Origin: Gemmatimonadota bacterium
GTDB taxonomy: Bacteria; Gemmatimonadota; Gemmatimonadetes; Palauibacterales; Palauibacteraceae
Reading direction: 5' to 3'
DNA length: 64,000 bases
Assembly: GCA_039589875.1 (NCBI GenBank)
Contig: JBDHGL010000002.1
Location: 6,608 to 70,607, forward strand
Part shown: in pieces, positions 47,551-56,768 of the stretch
How the letters are laid out: the number at the start of each line of letters is the position of its first letter
Position numbering within the stretch: the stretch's first letter is position 1
Position numbers and translations under genes: made by a program
The notes under the pieces: model-generated
What the model was told of the DNA's origin: nothing
Database searches by the model: none
What the model saw: only the letters and a program-made list of their open reading frames with translations

Positions 47551-48186
47551 ATGACCAGGGAACGCCGAGACGGCCGGATCGAGGTCATCACGGGCGTCAT
47601 GTTCAGCGGGAAGTCCGAGGAACTGCTGCGGCGTGTCCGCCGCGCGATGATCGCCCGAAAGACCGTTCAGGTGTTCAAGTCGCAGCTCGACGACCGATAT
47701 GGCGGCATCAGCAGCGTCACCTCCCACGACGGACAGGAAGTCCCTGCCATCCCTGTCTCCTCGTCGGTGGAGATCGCCGAGCGAGTGAACGCCGACACAA
47801 AGGTCGTCGCGATCGACGAAGCACAGTTCCTTGACGGCGGTGTCGTGCGAGTGGCGAACGAGCTGGCGGACGAAGGCCGGCGTGTGATCCTGTCGGGTAC
47901 CGACATGGACTTCAAGGGCGAGCCGTTCGGACCGGTTCCCGCTCTGCTCGCTGTCGCGGAGAGGATCGACAAGCTCCATGCGATCTGTGTGGTGTGTGGA
48001 GAGTCGGCTACTCGCAACCAGCGGTTGGTCGACGGTACGCCGGCGCCCGCCGAGGGGCCGGTCATCCAGGTCGGGGGGCTCGAGAGCTACGAGGCGCGCT
48101 GTAGACCCTGTCACGAAGTGCCCTCCATCGCGGACGACCAGATGCCACTCCTGTCCCAGACGCGCCGTCCCGATCCGGGCCCCTGA
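47551..48186 (+). CDS. tdk: Thymidine kinase
   Basis: MTRERRDGRIEVITGVMFSGKSEELLRR (P-loop). Motifs ...VVAIDEAQF and a C-terminal zinc ribbon CVVCG...CRPCH. Confidence 0.85.
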   Translation: MTRERRDGRIEVITGVMFSGKSEELLRRVRRAMIARKTVQVFKSQLDDRYGGISSVTSHDGQEVPAIPVSSSVEIAERVNADTKVVAIDEAQFLDGGVVRVANELADEGRRVILSGTDMDFKGEPFGPVPALLAVAERIDKLHAICVVCGESATRNQRLVDGTPAPAEGPVIQVGGLESYEARCRPCHEVPSIADDQMPLLSQTRRPDPGP

Positions 48187-48322
48187 GGGATCCCTGCGTC
48201 CCGGAATCCGTATGTAATTCGTTCCCAGATAGCGGGCGGGCCGCTTGCGCGCTCGAATCGCCAGGGAATCGAACGGGTTGAAGGGTGAGTTTGGGTTGCG
48301 AGATTCGGGACGTGAGACCACG

Positions 48323-50089
48323 AAAATGAGACCTCGAGCTGCAGCATGGCCCCGCCTACGCACGGCGACGATCCTGACAGGTCTTACCCTTCTGCCGGCA
48401 TGCAGCGGCAGCTCGCCCGCCGGACCGGAAGTACCCTCGATCCTCCTCAACTTCGATTCATCGAGCCTGGATCTCGGCAGCGACCTCCAGGGAGCCACGA
48501 CCTTGCGCAACGAGGGAGCTCTCTCGGTCGGGCCGGTCAGCCTGATCGCGAGTCAGCTCCAGCTTGGCGGAACGGCCATTCCCGGCGTGCGGGCGGTGGT
48601 CACGCCGGACGAGGTGCCTACCCTGAACCCGGGCAGCTCGGCGGCCCTGTCGGTGCGCGTGGAGGCGGACGGGGAGCTCCAGCCGGGCAACTACAGCGCT
48701 CGCGTAGACGCGATCGTGGCGGGTCTCCCCGAGGCGACGCTCGGTTTGGAATTCGTCGTCATCGCGGCGGACGAACCCGGCGTGGCTCTCGTCGAGATCA
48801 TCGATCCGCCCACGGCGGCTCGTCAGGGCGATGTGGTCGGCCTTACCGCTCGGGCGCGCGGTGAGGCGGGTGAGGTGCTCGAGGATGTGCAGTTCGCGTG
48901 GCAGGTGACCCCTGCCGGTGCGGGTCTCGTCGTGGGCGACGGTCGGTTCGTCGGCTACGTGCCGGGAGAGACTCAGGTAACGTTGCGTGCCGGGAGCGCC
49001 GAAGCTTCGATAACGATCGGTGTATCGCCGCGTGGTCTGCAGGCAGGCTCTTACCACCTGGTGGGACAGGGCGAGCAGACGACGCGCTTCAACGCGGACC
49101 TCTGGGTCCACGGGGATTGCGCCTACACGGGCACTTGGGGAGACAAGGCCGGATCGCTCGGCAACACGCTGAACGCCTGGGATATCTCGAACCCTGCCAC
49201 GCCCACGCTCTCGGATGCCGTGACGGTCGACGCGCGGGTCGTGAACGACGTCAAGGTACGTTCCGACGGCACCCTCGCGGCGATCAGTCACGAGTTTTCT
49301 CTGGATCAGCTGAACGGTGTCACCCTGCTGGATCTATCCGGCCCATGCGGCATGTCGGCGATCAGCCGGTTTACGTCGGGCCTGCAGAGCGGGGTTCACA
49401 ATCTCTGGGTCGAGGGCGACTTCCTCTACGTGGTGGCCGACAACGTCGGCGCCGGCCTGCGAGTCCTGGATATCTCCGACCCAGCCAGCCCGCATGTGGT
49501 AGCCGCGTTCGCCGATCCGGCGAGCTTCCTGCACGACGTGTATGTCCGAGACGGTCTGGCCTTCCTCTCACACTGGGACTCCGGCCTCATCATCCTCGAT
49601 GTGGGGAACGGCATCGCCGGTGGGAGTCCGAGCAGCCCGGCGGAGGTGAGCCGCGTGCTAACGAGCGGCGGCCAGACGCACAACGCGTGGTACTGGCCCG
49701 AAGGCGGCTACGTCTTCGTCGGGGAGGAAGACTTCGGCACGCCGGGTCGCATGCACGTCGTGGACGTCGGCGACCTTCGGGCGCCGGTCGAGGTAGCCAG
49801 TTTTGTCGTGCCCGGCGACACGCCGCACAACTTCTGGCTCGACGAGGCCAACGAGATTCTGCACATGGCTTGGTACACTCAGGGACTCGTCGCTCTGGAC
49901 GTCTCCGGTGAGCTCCTCGGGGCCCTGGATCAGCAGGGCCGGACGTTGGCCAGCATGAGGTACGCGGGTTCCGGCAGTTGCCCCGGATCCGTCACTGGCA
50001 CGTGCACCTGGGCACCGCAGCTGCATGAAGGGCTCGTCTACCTGGCCGACATGAATACCGGCCTCTGGGTCCTGCGTCCCGACTTCTGA
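48323..50089 (+). CDS. Lipoprotein with LVIVD-repeat-like beta-propeller region
   Basis: The internal start gives MRPRAAAWPRLRTATILTGLTLLPACSG (lipobox). There are repeated G-[LV]-x-[VIL]-[LV]-D-[IV]-S motifs (GLRVLDISDP, GLIILDVGNG, GLVALDVSGE). Confidence 0.65.
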   Translation, partial: KMRPRAAAWPRLRTATILTGLTLLPACSGSSPAGPEVPSILLNFDSSSLDLGSDLQGATTLRNEGALSVGPVSLIASQLQLGGTAIPGVRAVVTPDEVPTLNPGSSAALSVRVEADGELQPGNYSARVDAIVAGLPEATLGLEFVVIAADEPGVALVEIIDPPTAARQGDVVGLTARARGEAGEVLEDVQFAWQVTPAGAGLVVGDGRFVGYVPGETQVTLRAGSAEASITIGVSPRGLQAGSYHLVGQGEQTTRFNADLWVHGDCAYTGTWGDKAGSLGNTLNAWDISNPATPTLSDAVTVDARVVNDVKVRSDGTLAAISHEFSLDQLNGVTLLDLSGPCGMSAISRFTSGLQSGVHNLWVEGDFLYVVADNVGAGLRVLDISDPASPHVVAAFADPASFLHDVYVRDGLAFLSHWDSGLIILDVGNGIAGGSPSSPAEVSRVLTSGGQTHNAWYWPEGGYVFVGEEDFGTPGRMHVVDVGDLRAPVEVASFVVPGDTPHNFWLDEANEILHMAWYTQGLVALDVSGELLGALDQQGRTLASMRYAGSGSCPGSVTGTCTWAPQLHEGLVYLADMNTGLWVLRPDF

Positions 50090-50121
50090 TACCGACCTCC
50101 CGCTCTCTCCCCCTCTTTCGA

Positions 50122-51210
50122 TTAGCCGCCGGGCTCGCGCTCACGGCCCTGATAGTCGGTGCGTGCGAGCGTGGCGAAGACGGGGAGCATACTGCAGCAA
50201 GAGTAAGTGAGAAGGCCGGCCGACTCTACGTGACGTCCGGTCTTACCGACCAGGTTTTCCGGCTGGATCCCGAGACCGGCGCCGTTCTCTCGACGTTCGA
50301 GGTTGACGTTCGGCGTGATGAGCTTGACGAACCGCACGGCATCGCCGTCTCGCCCGACGGTCGACACTGGTACGTGACGATCGCGCACGGAAACCCGACG
50401 CTCTGGAAGTTCGAGCTGGAAGGTGATCGACTGGTTGGGCGGTTGGGTCTTGGCGCCCGCGGAGCATCGAGGGTGGGGCTCACGCCGGACGGGATTTGGG
50501 CCTTCGTGCCGGATTATTATAGGGCGGGCGGTGGAGCCGCAGGCGAGGTGGCGGTGGTCAGGACAGAAGATCTCCACCTCGCCAGCCGCATCGAGGTGTG
50601 TCCAGCGCCGCACGACGCCCAGGCATCGCCGGACGGATCCTTGGTTGCCCTCACCTGCACGCAAAGCGATGAGATCGCCATCCTGAATGTCAGCAGCCTG
50701 CAGGTCGAAAACCGCTTTGCGGCGGGGCACGATCCGGGCCCCGCGGGGTCGCCCCGCTACAAGCCACTGAACCTCTCGTGGTCCCCGGATGGGGCCTTCC
50801 TGCACGTGACCCTGAGCGCCGCCGGCACGCTGAGGACCTTCTCCCGGGTCGGCGAACCCGTTGCCGAGTTGGCGGTCGGGGCGGGCCCAGCTCAGCTCGC
50901 GTCGACGGCGGACGGGCAGCTCCTCGTCACGGCGAACCGGCTGGACGAATCAGCGTCGATCATTCGGGTTACGCCCGCCTCTTCGGGAACGCCAATCTTG
51001 GCGGAGACCCGTCGCGTAGACCTCGGCGTGCCGTTTCCCCACGGAGTCGCGATGACACCGGAGGGGGAGCTCGCGTTCATCACGTGGGAGGGGGACACGG
51101 GCCGGCGTGCCGGCGTGTTGGCGATGTCCACGGCCACCGGCAACGTGGAGTGGCGGACCGAGGTAGGAGCGTACGTGCTCGGCGTGGCCTATCACATGAG
51201 AAGGGACTGA
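50122..51210 (+). CDS. Beta-propeller (YVTN/lactonase-like repeat) lipoprotein. The start codon is unresolved.
   Basis: The ORF-track GTG at 50230 lies inside a frame that, from just after the upstream stop at 50089, encodes a lipoprotein signal (...RLAAGLALTALIVGACERGEDGE...). That stretch contains no ATG, GTG or TTG in frame. The body has repeated beta-propeller blades (HGIAVSPDGRHWYVT..., SPDGSLVALTC..., SPDGAFLHVT...). Confidence 0.55.
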   Translation, partial: LAAGLALTALIVGACERGEDGEHTAARVSEKAGRLYVTSGLTDQVFRLDPETGAVLSTFEVDVRRDELDEPHGIAVSPDGRHWYVTIAHGNPTLWKFELEGDRLVGRLGLGARGASRVGLTPDGIWAFVPDYYRAGGGAAGEVAVVRTEDLHLASRIEVCPAPHDAQASPDGSLVALTCTQSDEIAILNVSSLQVENRFAAGHDPGPAGSPRYKPLNLSWSPDGAFLHVTLSAAGTLRTFSRVGEPVAELAVGAGPAQLASTADGQLLVTANRLDESASIIRVTPASSGTPILAETRRVDLGVPFPHGVAMTPEGELAFITWEGDTGRRAGVLAMSTATGNVEWRTEVGAYVLGVAYHMRRD

Positions 51211-51271
51211 AGGCGCGGACCTCGCAACAGGTCCGCTGACGGGAGGCGGTTCAGCGCTGCTTAGACGGCTA

Positions 51272-53689
51272 CTAGAGCCCCCACCTCACGCCGATCAGCG
51301 GAATCAGAGGGACGGCGCCGAGTGAGACCGGCCGCCGGTCCTGATCAGGGTCGAACTGGAAGAAAAGCCCGTCGCGCCGATCGAGCGCGTTCAGGATTCT
51401 CAAATACGGCGAAATGCTGATCGGAATCCCGTTGACGTTCAAAACCCAGGTTCGGTAGATGGTCCCGTCGAGCCTCAGATAGGTCCCGCGAGCGGCTCCG
51501 GCCCAGGGCGTAGCGTCTCCTAGGTCCGACGCCGGAGTCGGTCCGACGGCATATGCCGGTTCAACCGAGAGCTGAGGCGAGTTGCCGCCGCCGGGCCCGC
51601 TGATCCCTCCGCCACCGCCGTCATCTGCCTGAGGAATCGGCGTGAACGGAAGGGCCACGCCGTACGCCAGGCTCACGTCCACTCCGAAGCCGGACAGCAG
51701 GTGGGCACTCACGCCGCCGGTAAACAACTGGCGCCCTAGAGACCTGGCCACGGCTTGTCTCCCCTCGTACTCGGGCCGGTACCAGGCGACGGAATAGCCG
51801 ACCCAACCGCTGACCTCGCCCGCGCTCCTCTGCAGGAAGAAGTCGAGGCCGGAAGTCTCGATATCCGGGCCGACCGGCAGGTCTTGGAACGACTTGACGT
51901 AGCCTTCCAGTCCCACGACGAAATTCTGCAGCGCTCGGCTGTTGATCCCGAACACAAGGTGCGTGGAGCTGGAAACACGCAGAGCGGACTCTCCAGGCTG
52001 CGTTTCGCTCTCCAAGTCGGGATCGCCGGACGCGACACCCGCAAGGCTACCCAGCTCGGCGGCGAACAACGTCTCGGGCGCCAGAACACGCTGATGGTAG
52101 CGTCCGGCTGCGAACGACAGCTCCGTTTCGTCGATGAAGCTCCAAGCGACGCTCACCCGAGGAGCTATCTTCATCCCGTCGGCGAAGAAGTAATCGGCGC
52201 GGACCCCGCCTCGCACGAAGACGGTGGGCAGGACGCGCATCGTCGCTTCCGCGTGCGCGCCGACCGATTCGCCGGCGTTGTGGCTGCTGAGCGAACGCTC
52301 GGTCCTGTCTATCGCAGGTCCCGCCTCGTGAACCAGGGCGACGCGGTCAAACGAGGCACCGATCTCCACTTGCGCGGAGCTTATGTTCCGGCTGAGGATG
52401 CCCGCTAAGCGGGTTCGATCCGAGCGCCCGTCCACGACCAGGGGTACGCGGCCGCCCAACGGGAGGCTCGTAGAGAATTTGCCATGAGCGGCCGTCAACT
52501 CGAGGTCACTGTCGAGTGCGCGCCCCAGATAGCGGATCGAGCCGGCCAGATTCCCCCAGCTCGCGAGCTCGCCAAATCTTAGCTCCGGAGCCAGGCCCGG
52601 TTCGTTTGCCTGCAGCTCTCCCGATTCAGGGTCGTCCGATCGTGCCAGGTCCACGGATTCGCGATTGTAGAACCCGGTCACGGACAGCTGGCCCTCTCGG
52701 CCCACCCCCCAGTCCATCCGGAGCAGGGCGTCGCCATACGCGTACGGGAGCTCGGTACCGGTGAGGCGGTCGGGGCCTTCGCCGTGGATGTACCTCCCAC
52801 CGACCAGGAACGAGCCGCCCGGTAGCGCACCTTCCACATCACCACGGGCGCTCATCATGTCGACCGCGCCGGCGGTGTGGAATCGGTCGCTCCGTCCGGG
52901 ACGCGAGCCCATGTCGAGGATGTAGGAGAGACCGCCGCTATAGCGGGCCGGAGCTCCGCCTATGTACGCGCGTGAGTGCTCGAGCGCGCCGGGTCGGAAG
53001 GCCTCGATAAGACCGCCGAGGTGGAACGGAGCGTAAACCGGGGCGCCATCCAGCAGGACCAGCTTGAGGTCCGACGTGGCCCCACGTACGTATAAGATGC
53101 TGGAGGGGTCTTCAGGGTCGGGGCTAGAAGCTGCCTGAATGAGTTGTACGAGACCGAGCTCCGCTACGCCGGGCGTCGATTCGAGCATCTGGAGTTCCGC
53201 CTCGGCCGGACTGATCTCTCCACGCTCCCTGGCCGGCGCCGTTACCGGGGTCGGTTCGGGCGGCTCCTCTCGCGTCGTCTCGGCGCTCAGCGGTTCCATC
53301 TCTATCGGCTCTACGGCCAGGGAGAGATCGAGTAATACCTCCTCGCCCGGCGGTACACGTACACCGATGGACAACTCGGAATGATCGAGCGCTCGGGCGC
53401 GGACGAGGCGCGATCCGGCGGGGACGTTGGCGATCTGGTATCGTCCGTAACGATCGGTGAGAACGCTGAGAACGCGACCCTGCGCTACGATTTCGACAAC
53501 CGCGTGCTCGAGGACGGAGCCGTTGATTTCACTCCGGACGCGGCCAGAAACCGCGCCGGTGCTCGTGTCGGCCGCGGCAAGAGCTTCCTGGGAAAAGTCT
53601 CGCGAGAGGATGCTCGAAGCTTCTCCAGGCTCCGTGATGTTCGGGAGCCCGGCCGCAGCGAGTACGCTTACGAGCAAAGAGGACAGCAA
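51272..53689 (-). CDS. TonB-dependent receptor-like outer-membrane protein with an N-terminal CarboxypepD_reg domain
   Basis: The plug region is ...ILYVRGATSDLKLVLLDGAPVYAPFHLGGLIEAF. The long C-terminal beta-barrel ends in an aromatic-rich terminal strand ...IGVRWGL. The apparent TTG start at 53689 is the first in-frame start after a stop. Confidence 0.75.
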   Translation of the reverse strand: MLSSLLVSVLAAAGLPNITEPGEASSILSRDFSQEALAAADTSTGAVSGRVRSEINGSVLEHAVVEIVAQGRVLSVLTDRYGRYQIANVPAGSRLVRARALDHSELSIGVRVPPGEEVLLDLSLAVEPIEMEPLSAETTREEPPEPTPVTAPARERGEISPAEAELQMLESTPGVAELGLVQLIQAASSPDPEDPSSILYVRGATSDLKLVLLDGAPVYAPFHLGGLIEAFRPGALEHSRAYIGGAPARYSGGLSYILDMGSRPGRSDRFHTAGAVDMMSARGDVEGALPGGSFLVGGRYIHGEGPDRLTGTELPYAYGDALLRMDWGVGREGQLSVTGFYNRESVDLARSDDPESGELQANEPGLAPELRFGELASWGNLAGSIRYLGRALDSDLELTAAHGKFSTSLPLGGRVPLVVDGRSDRTRLAGILSRNISSAQVEIGASFDRVALVHEAGPAIDRTERSLSSHNAGESVGAHAEATMRVLPTVFVRGGVRADYFFADGMKIAPRVSVAWSFIDETELSFAAGRYHQRVLAPETLFAAELGSLAGVASGDPDLESETQPGESALRVSSSTHLVFGINSRALQNFVVGLEGYVKSFQDLPVGPDIETSGLDFFLQRSAGEVSGWVGYSVAWYRPEYEGRQAVARSLGRQLFTGGVSAHLLSGFGVDVSLAYGVALPFTPIPQADDGGGGGISGPGGGNSPQLSVEPAYAVGPTPASDLGDATPWAGAARGTYLRLDGTIYRTWVLNVNGIPISISPYLRILNALDRRDGLFFQFDPDQDRRPVSLGAVPLIPLIGVRWGL

Positions 53690-53740
53690 AGACTACCCCC
53701 GCCGCGCGGGAATCGGACGGCCGACGGCGTCTACTCCGGC

Positions 53741-54589
53741 TCAGTCACGTGCCCGGAAAGACACCTCCGCATCCGACGAGTCGGCGGCCGGAATCAGCAG
53801 CTTCAGATCCGGCCCTTCCTTCACTGCAACAAGGTGCCCATTCAGCTCCACCCGGGCCAGAGGCGTCGATTTCGGCAGCAGCACTACCACTTCGCCTGGC
53901 CCGGCATCGAGCACCTCGATCTCGCCCGGTGCGGTCCGGTATCGGCCATCCACGGAAAATACGGACGCCGGTCCCTTATCCAACAATCTCAGTCGGATCA
54001 AGGTTTCCGGCGCTGGCTCCGTAATCAATATACGCACGACACCGTCTCGAGGTTGCACCGAGATAGCGGAGGGACCGGCCCCATCGGCCGGAGTGGGGAC
54101 ACCGACCGGTTCTTCAGACGTTCCGGTAACCACGTCGAAGGACCGCAGCAGCCACTCCCGGACCGGAGATCCGGGGATCGCCGCACCTGCGCCGGCTACG
54201 AACATGATTATGAGGGCCGCGGCCAGAAGAGGCCGGCGGGAGCTACGTTCACGGCGGAGTGGCGTGACCACGCCAATCTCGGGCTCTTCGGCGGGCTGCC
54301 CGGCTTTTCTTCGGACCTCGTCGGCCGTGACTCCAGGGGCGGGCCCGTCCAGCTCTCCCAGTGCCTTCGCAACCAGACGTTCCTCGAGCTGAGCAGCCGA
54401 GAGCACGGGTGCGGGCACGTCGAGAACGCCGACTGCTCGGGACACCGTCTCCGTCGACTGCCTCCATCCGTCGAGCACCTCAGCACAGCGCGTACAGGAA
54501 CGAAGGTGCTCCTCCACCCTGTCCCGTTCGGCCAGGGAAAGCTCTTGGTCCAGAAAAGCGAGCAGTTCGAACTCGCTGGAATGTTCCAT
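53741..54589 (-). CDS. Anti-sigma factor (zinc-finger, single TM, periplasmic C-domain)
   Basis: H-x3-C-x2-C motif (HLRSCTRCAE). TM helix LLAAALIIMFVAGAGAAI. It lies 7 nt downstream of the ECF sigma gene stop. Confidence 0.7.
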   Translation of the reverse strand: MEHSSEFELLAFLDQELSLAERDRVEEHLRSCTRCAEVLDGWRQSTETVSRAVGVLDVPAPVLSAAQLEERLVAKALGELDGPAPGVTADEVRRKAGQPAEEPEIGVVTPLRRERSSRRPLLAAALIIMFVAGAGAAIPGSPVREWLLRSFDVVTGTSEEPVGVPTPADGAGPSAISVQPRDGVVRILITEPAPETLIRLRLLDKGPASVFSVDGRYRTAPGEIEVLDAGPGEVVVLLPKSTPLARVELNGHLVAVKEGPDLKLLIPAADSSDAEVSFRARD

Positions 54590-54595
54590 TAGCGA

Positions 54596-55195
54596 TTATT
54601 CGTCATTGTTGTCGTTACGCTGTTTCTTTTCCGACGCTTCACCGTAGGCAGCGGCAAACCGTCGGAGCGCCCTGGCCAGCAACGTTCCGACCGAGCCCGG
54701 TGCGACTCCGACGACTTCCGCGATCTCGGCGTACCGAAAGCCCTCCTCACGCATGAGCAGAATCTCTCGGTCTCTGGGCGCGAGCTCCGCCAGTGTTGCT
54801 CGCACCGCCGCGATGCGCTCGGATCGCTCCGCGTCCTCGTCCGGACGCGCCGGAGGCGCGGGCCCCTGATACGAGTCGCGCAACAGCCGCCGCCGGCGTT
54901 CGCCGGCGCGCGCCCAATCGCGCACCAAGTTCGTTGCAACTGTGAACAACCAGCGCCGCGCGTCGGCTTCAGGCAGCGGGCGCTCGAGGAGGCGAACGAA
55001 AGCCTCCTGCGCGATGTCGGCAGAGACATCGGGGTCACCCGTCAGCCGATTCAAATAACGGAACAGCGACGGGTAGAGTTTGGCGAAGATCGCCTCGAAA
55101 TCCACATCACCCCGCGGTCCGAACCGATTTCTATTCAAGAACGCGCTGCTCTCCCCGATAATGACACGGCTTACGCCGCCGCCGTTCGCGGTCAA
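54596..55195 (-). CDS. ECF (sigma-70 family) RNA polymerase sigma factor
   Basis: Region 2 (ADIAQEAFVRLLER) and region 4 (REILLMREEGFRYAEIAEVVGVAPGSVGTLLARA) are present. Confidence 0.85.
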   Translation of the reverse strand: MTANGGGVSRVIIGESSAFLNRNRFGPRGDVDFEAIFAKLYPSLFRYLNRLTGDPDVSADIAQEAFVRLLERPLPEADARRWLFTVATNLVRDWARAGERRRRLLRDSYQGPAPPARPDEDAERSERIAAVRATLAELAPRDREILLMREEGFRYAEIAEVVGVAPGSVGTLLARALRRFAAAYGEASEKKQRNDNNDE

Positions 55196-55273
55196 GGGCG
55201 AGAACCTGACCGACGGCGTCGAGTCCGGAAAGGGCAGGTGCCGATGAAGCCGGTCAGATTGGGAAAAGCGCTG

Positions 55274-56407
55274 TCAGATCGGGAACGCGTGAAGAGCGGC
55301 TGCCTTGATGCGCACGGCTACTCGACAACCCTGCTCAAGGCCGATCTTGTCGGCGGCGGGACGGCTCACCAGCGCTACCATTCGAGGTGGTCCATCCAGG
55401 CGAACGCGCACCAGACCACCCAACATCCGCATCTCGGAGACGGTGGCGAAGAAGGAGTTTCGGGCCGAATCCAAGAGCTCGTCTTCACCAGGATCGGCTA
55501 GCACGAGATCTTCCGGACGATATGCAATCTTGACAACCGCATCCGGCGACGCCGCGCCGACGGCGCACATCGACACTCCATCCACGGAGACGAAGAGAAG
55601 TCCGTTCTCGCTCCCCGTCACCCGGCCCCGGACGGCTAGCTCGGCGCCCGTCAGGCTGGCGATGTACAGCGTGGCCGGGTCCTCGTAGAGATCGGTCGGC
55701 GTGCCCACCTGTACGAGCTGACCGTCCTCCAGGACCGCAATGCGATCGGCGAGCGAAAACGCCTCATGTCGATCGTGCGTGACCAGGAGCGTGCTTCCGG
55801 CTCTCGTTCTGGCCAGGCGCTCGATATCCTGCCGAAGGGTGGTTCGCACGTCGGAGTCGAGGTTGGAGGTGGGCTCATCGAGGAAGAGGATGGCGGGTTC
55901 CAGCACGAGAGCGCGAGCAAGCGCAACGCGCTGTGCTTCTCCGCCCGACAGCGTGGAAGCCGATTCATCCAGCAGAGAGTCGATCCCCAAGAGCTCGGCG
56001 ATGCTGCTGACACGCTCTCGAACATCGGCCGGACCGGCGCGCTGAAAGCGAAGGCTCTGAGAGATGTTGTGAGCAACGCTGCCGGCCCAGAGGTGCGGTC
56101 TCTGGAAGACGGCGGCCGAGCTCCGGCGCAGGGTCTCAGCCGCACGTGCGCCGGTGCGCCCACGGTACCACACCCGGCCGGAGCTCGGAGCCTGCAGCAT
56201 CGCGAGCACCCGCATCAGCGTGGACTTCCCGGCCCCATTCGGTCCGAGTACGGCGAGGATCTCACCCTCGTGCAGCGAAAGCCGCTCGACCGACAGTACG
56301 AGTCGCTCGCGGTACCGAACGCACAGATCTTCCCCGAGTAGGACGTCTGAGCTCACACCGCGTATCCTCTGAGTGAGGGGCGGAGTTGGCCAGGCCGAGG
56401 GGCGCAC
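55274..56407 (-). CDS. ABC transporter ATP-binding protein with a C-terminal TOBE-like domain. No adjacent permease.
   Basis: Walker A GPNGAGKST, signature LSGGEAQRVALARAL, Walker B ILFLDEPTSNLD. The C-terminal roughly 100 aa resemble TOBE/MOP domains. Confidence 0.8.
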   Translation of the reverse strand: MRPSAWPTPPLTQRIRGVSSDVLLGEDLCVRYRERLVLSVERLSLHEGEILAVLGPNGAGKSTLMRVLAMLQAPSSGRVWYRGRTGARAAETLRRSSAAVFQRPHLWAGSVAHNISQSLRFQRAGPADVRERVSSIAELLGIDSLLDESASTLSGGEAQRVALARALVLEPAILFLDEPTSNLDSDVRTTLRQDIERLARTRAGSTLLVTHDRHEAFSLADRIAVLEDGQLVQVGTPTDLYEDPATLYIASLTGAELAVRGRVTGSENGLLFVSVDGVSMCAVGAASPDAVVKIAYRPEDLVLADPGEDELLDSARNSFFATVSEMRMLGGLVRVRLDGPPRMVALVSRPAADKIGLEQGCRVAVRIKAAALHAFPI

Positions 56408-56768
56408 AGTTGCGCCCGAACAACAGCCGCGACGCTCTCGGACACCGCTTCACCTCCCTCGGACGCAGGCCCTACGCTGCCTGTTTACCGCCGCGGCCGC
56501 CCTTTTTCAGCACCGCGGCTGGACATCTCGGCATCTCGAACCCGGCCGAGAGCTTTGACCGATGAGCAAGCCTTGTGCGCGCAGCAGAGCTTGCGCGTGG
56601 CCTACCCTTTGCGTTGTCCTCGGTACCTGCGCAGTGGCCCACCGCCGGGTGCAGAAAGCGCCTCGCCACGAACGCCGAGCAGTACGGAGTTGGAGCGTTC
56701 TGGTTTGCTGTCCTCGAGCAGTGACCTCCAGGCCAACGTCTCCACGAGCTTGAACCTGATGTCGAGGG

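Noticed and set aside
48187-48322. tRNA-like stretch (gggaatcgaacgggttgaag)
   Set aside because: It superficially resembles a T-arm. No acceptor stem, anticodon arm or cloverleaf can be folded around it, so I do not call a tRNA.
53381-54592. 403-aa plus-strand ORF
   Set aside because: It is antisense to the anti-sigma gene and the receptor 5' end.
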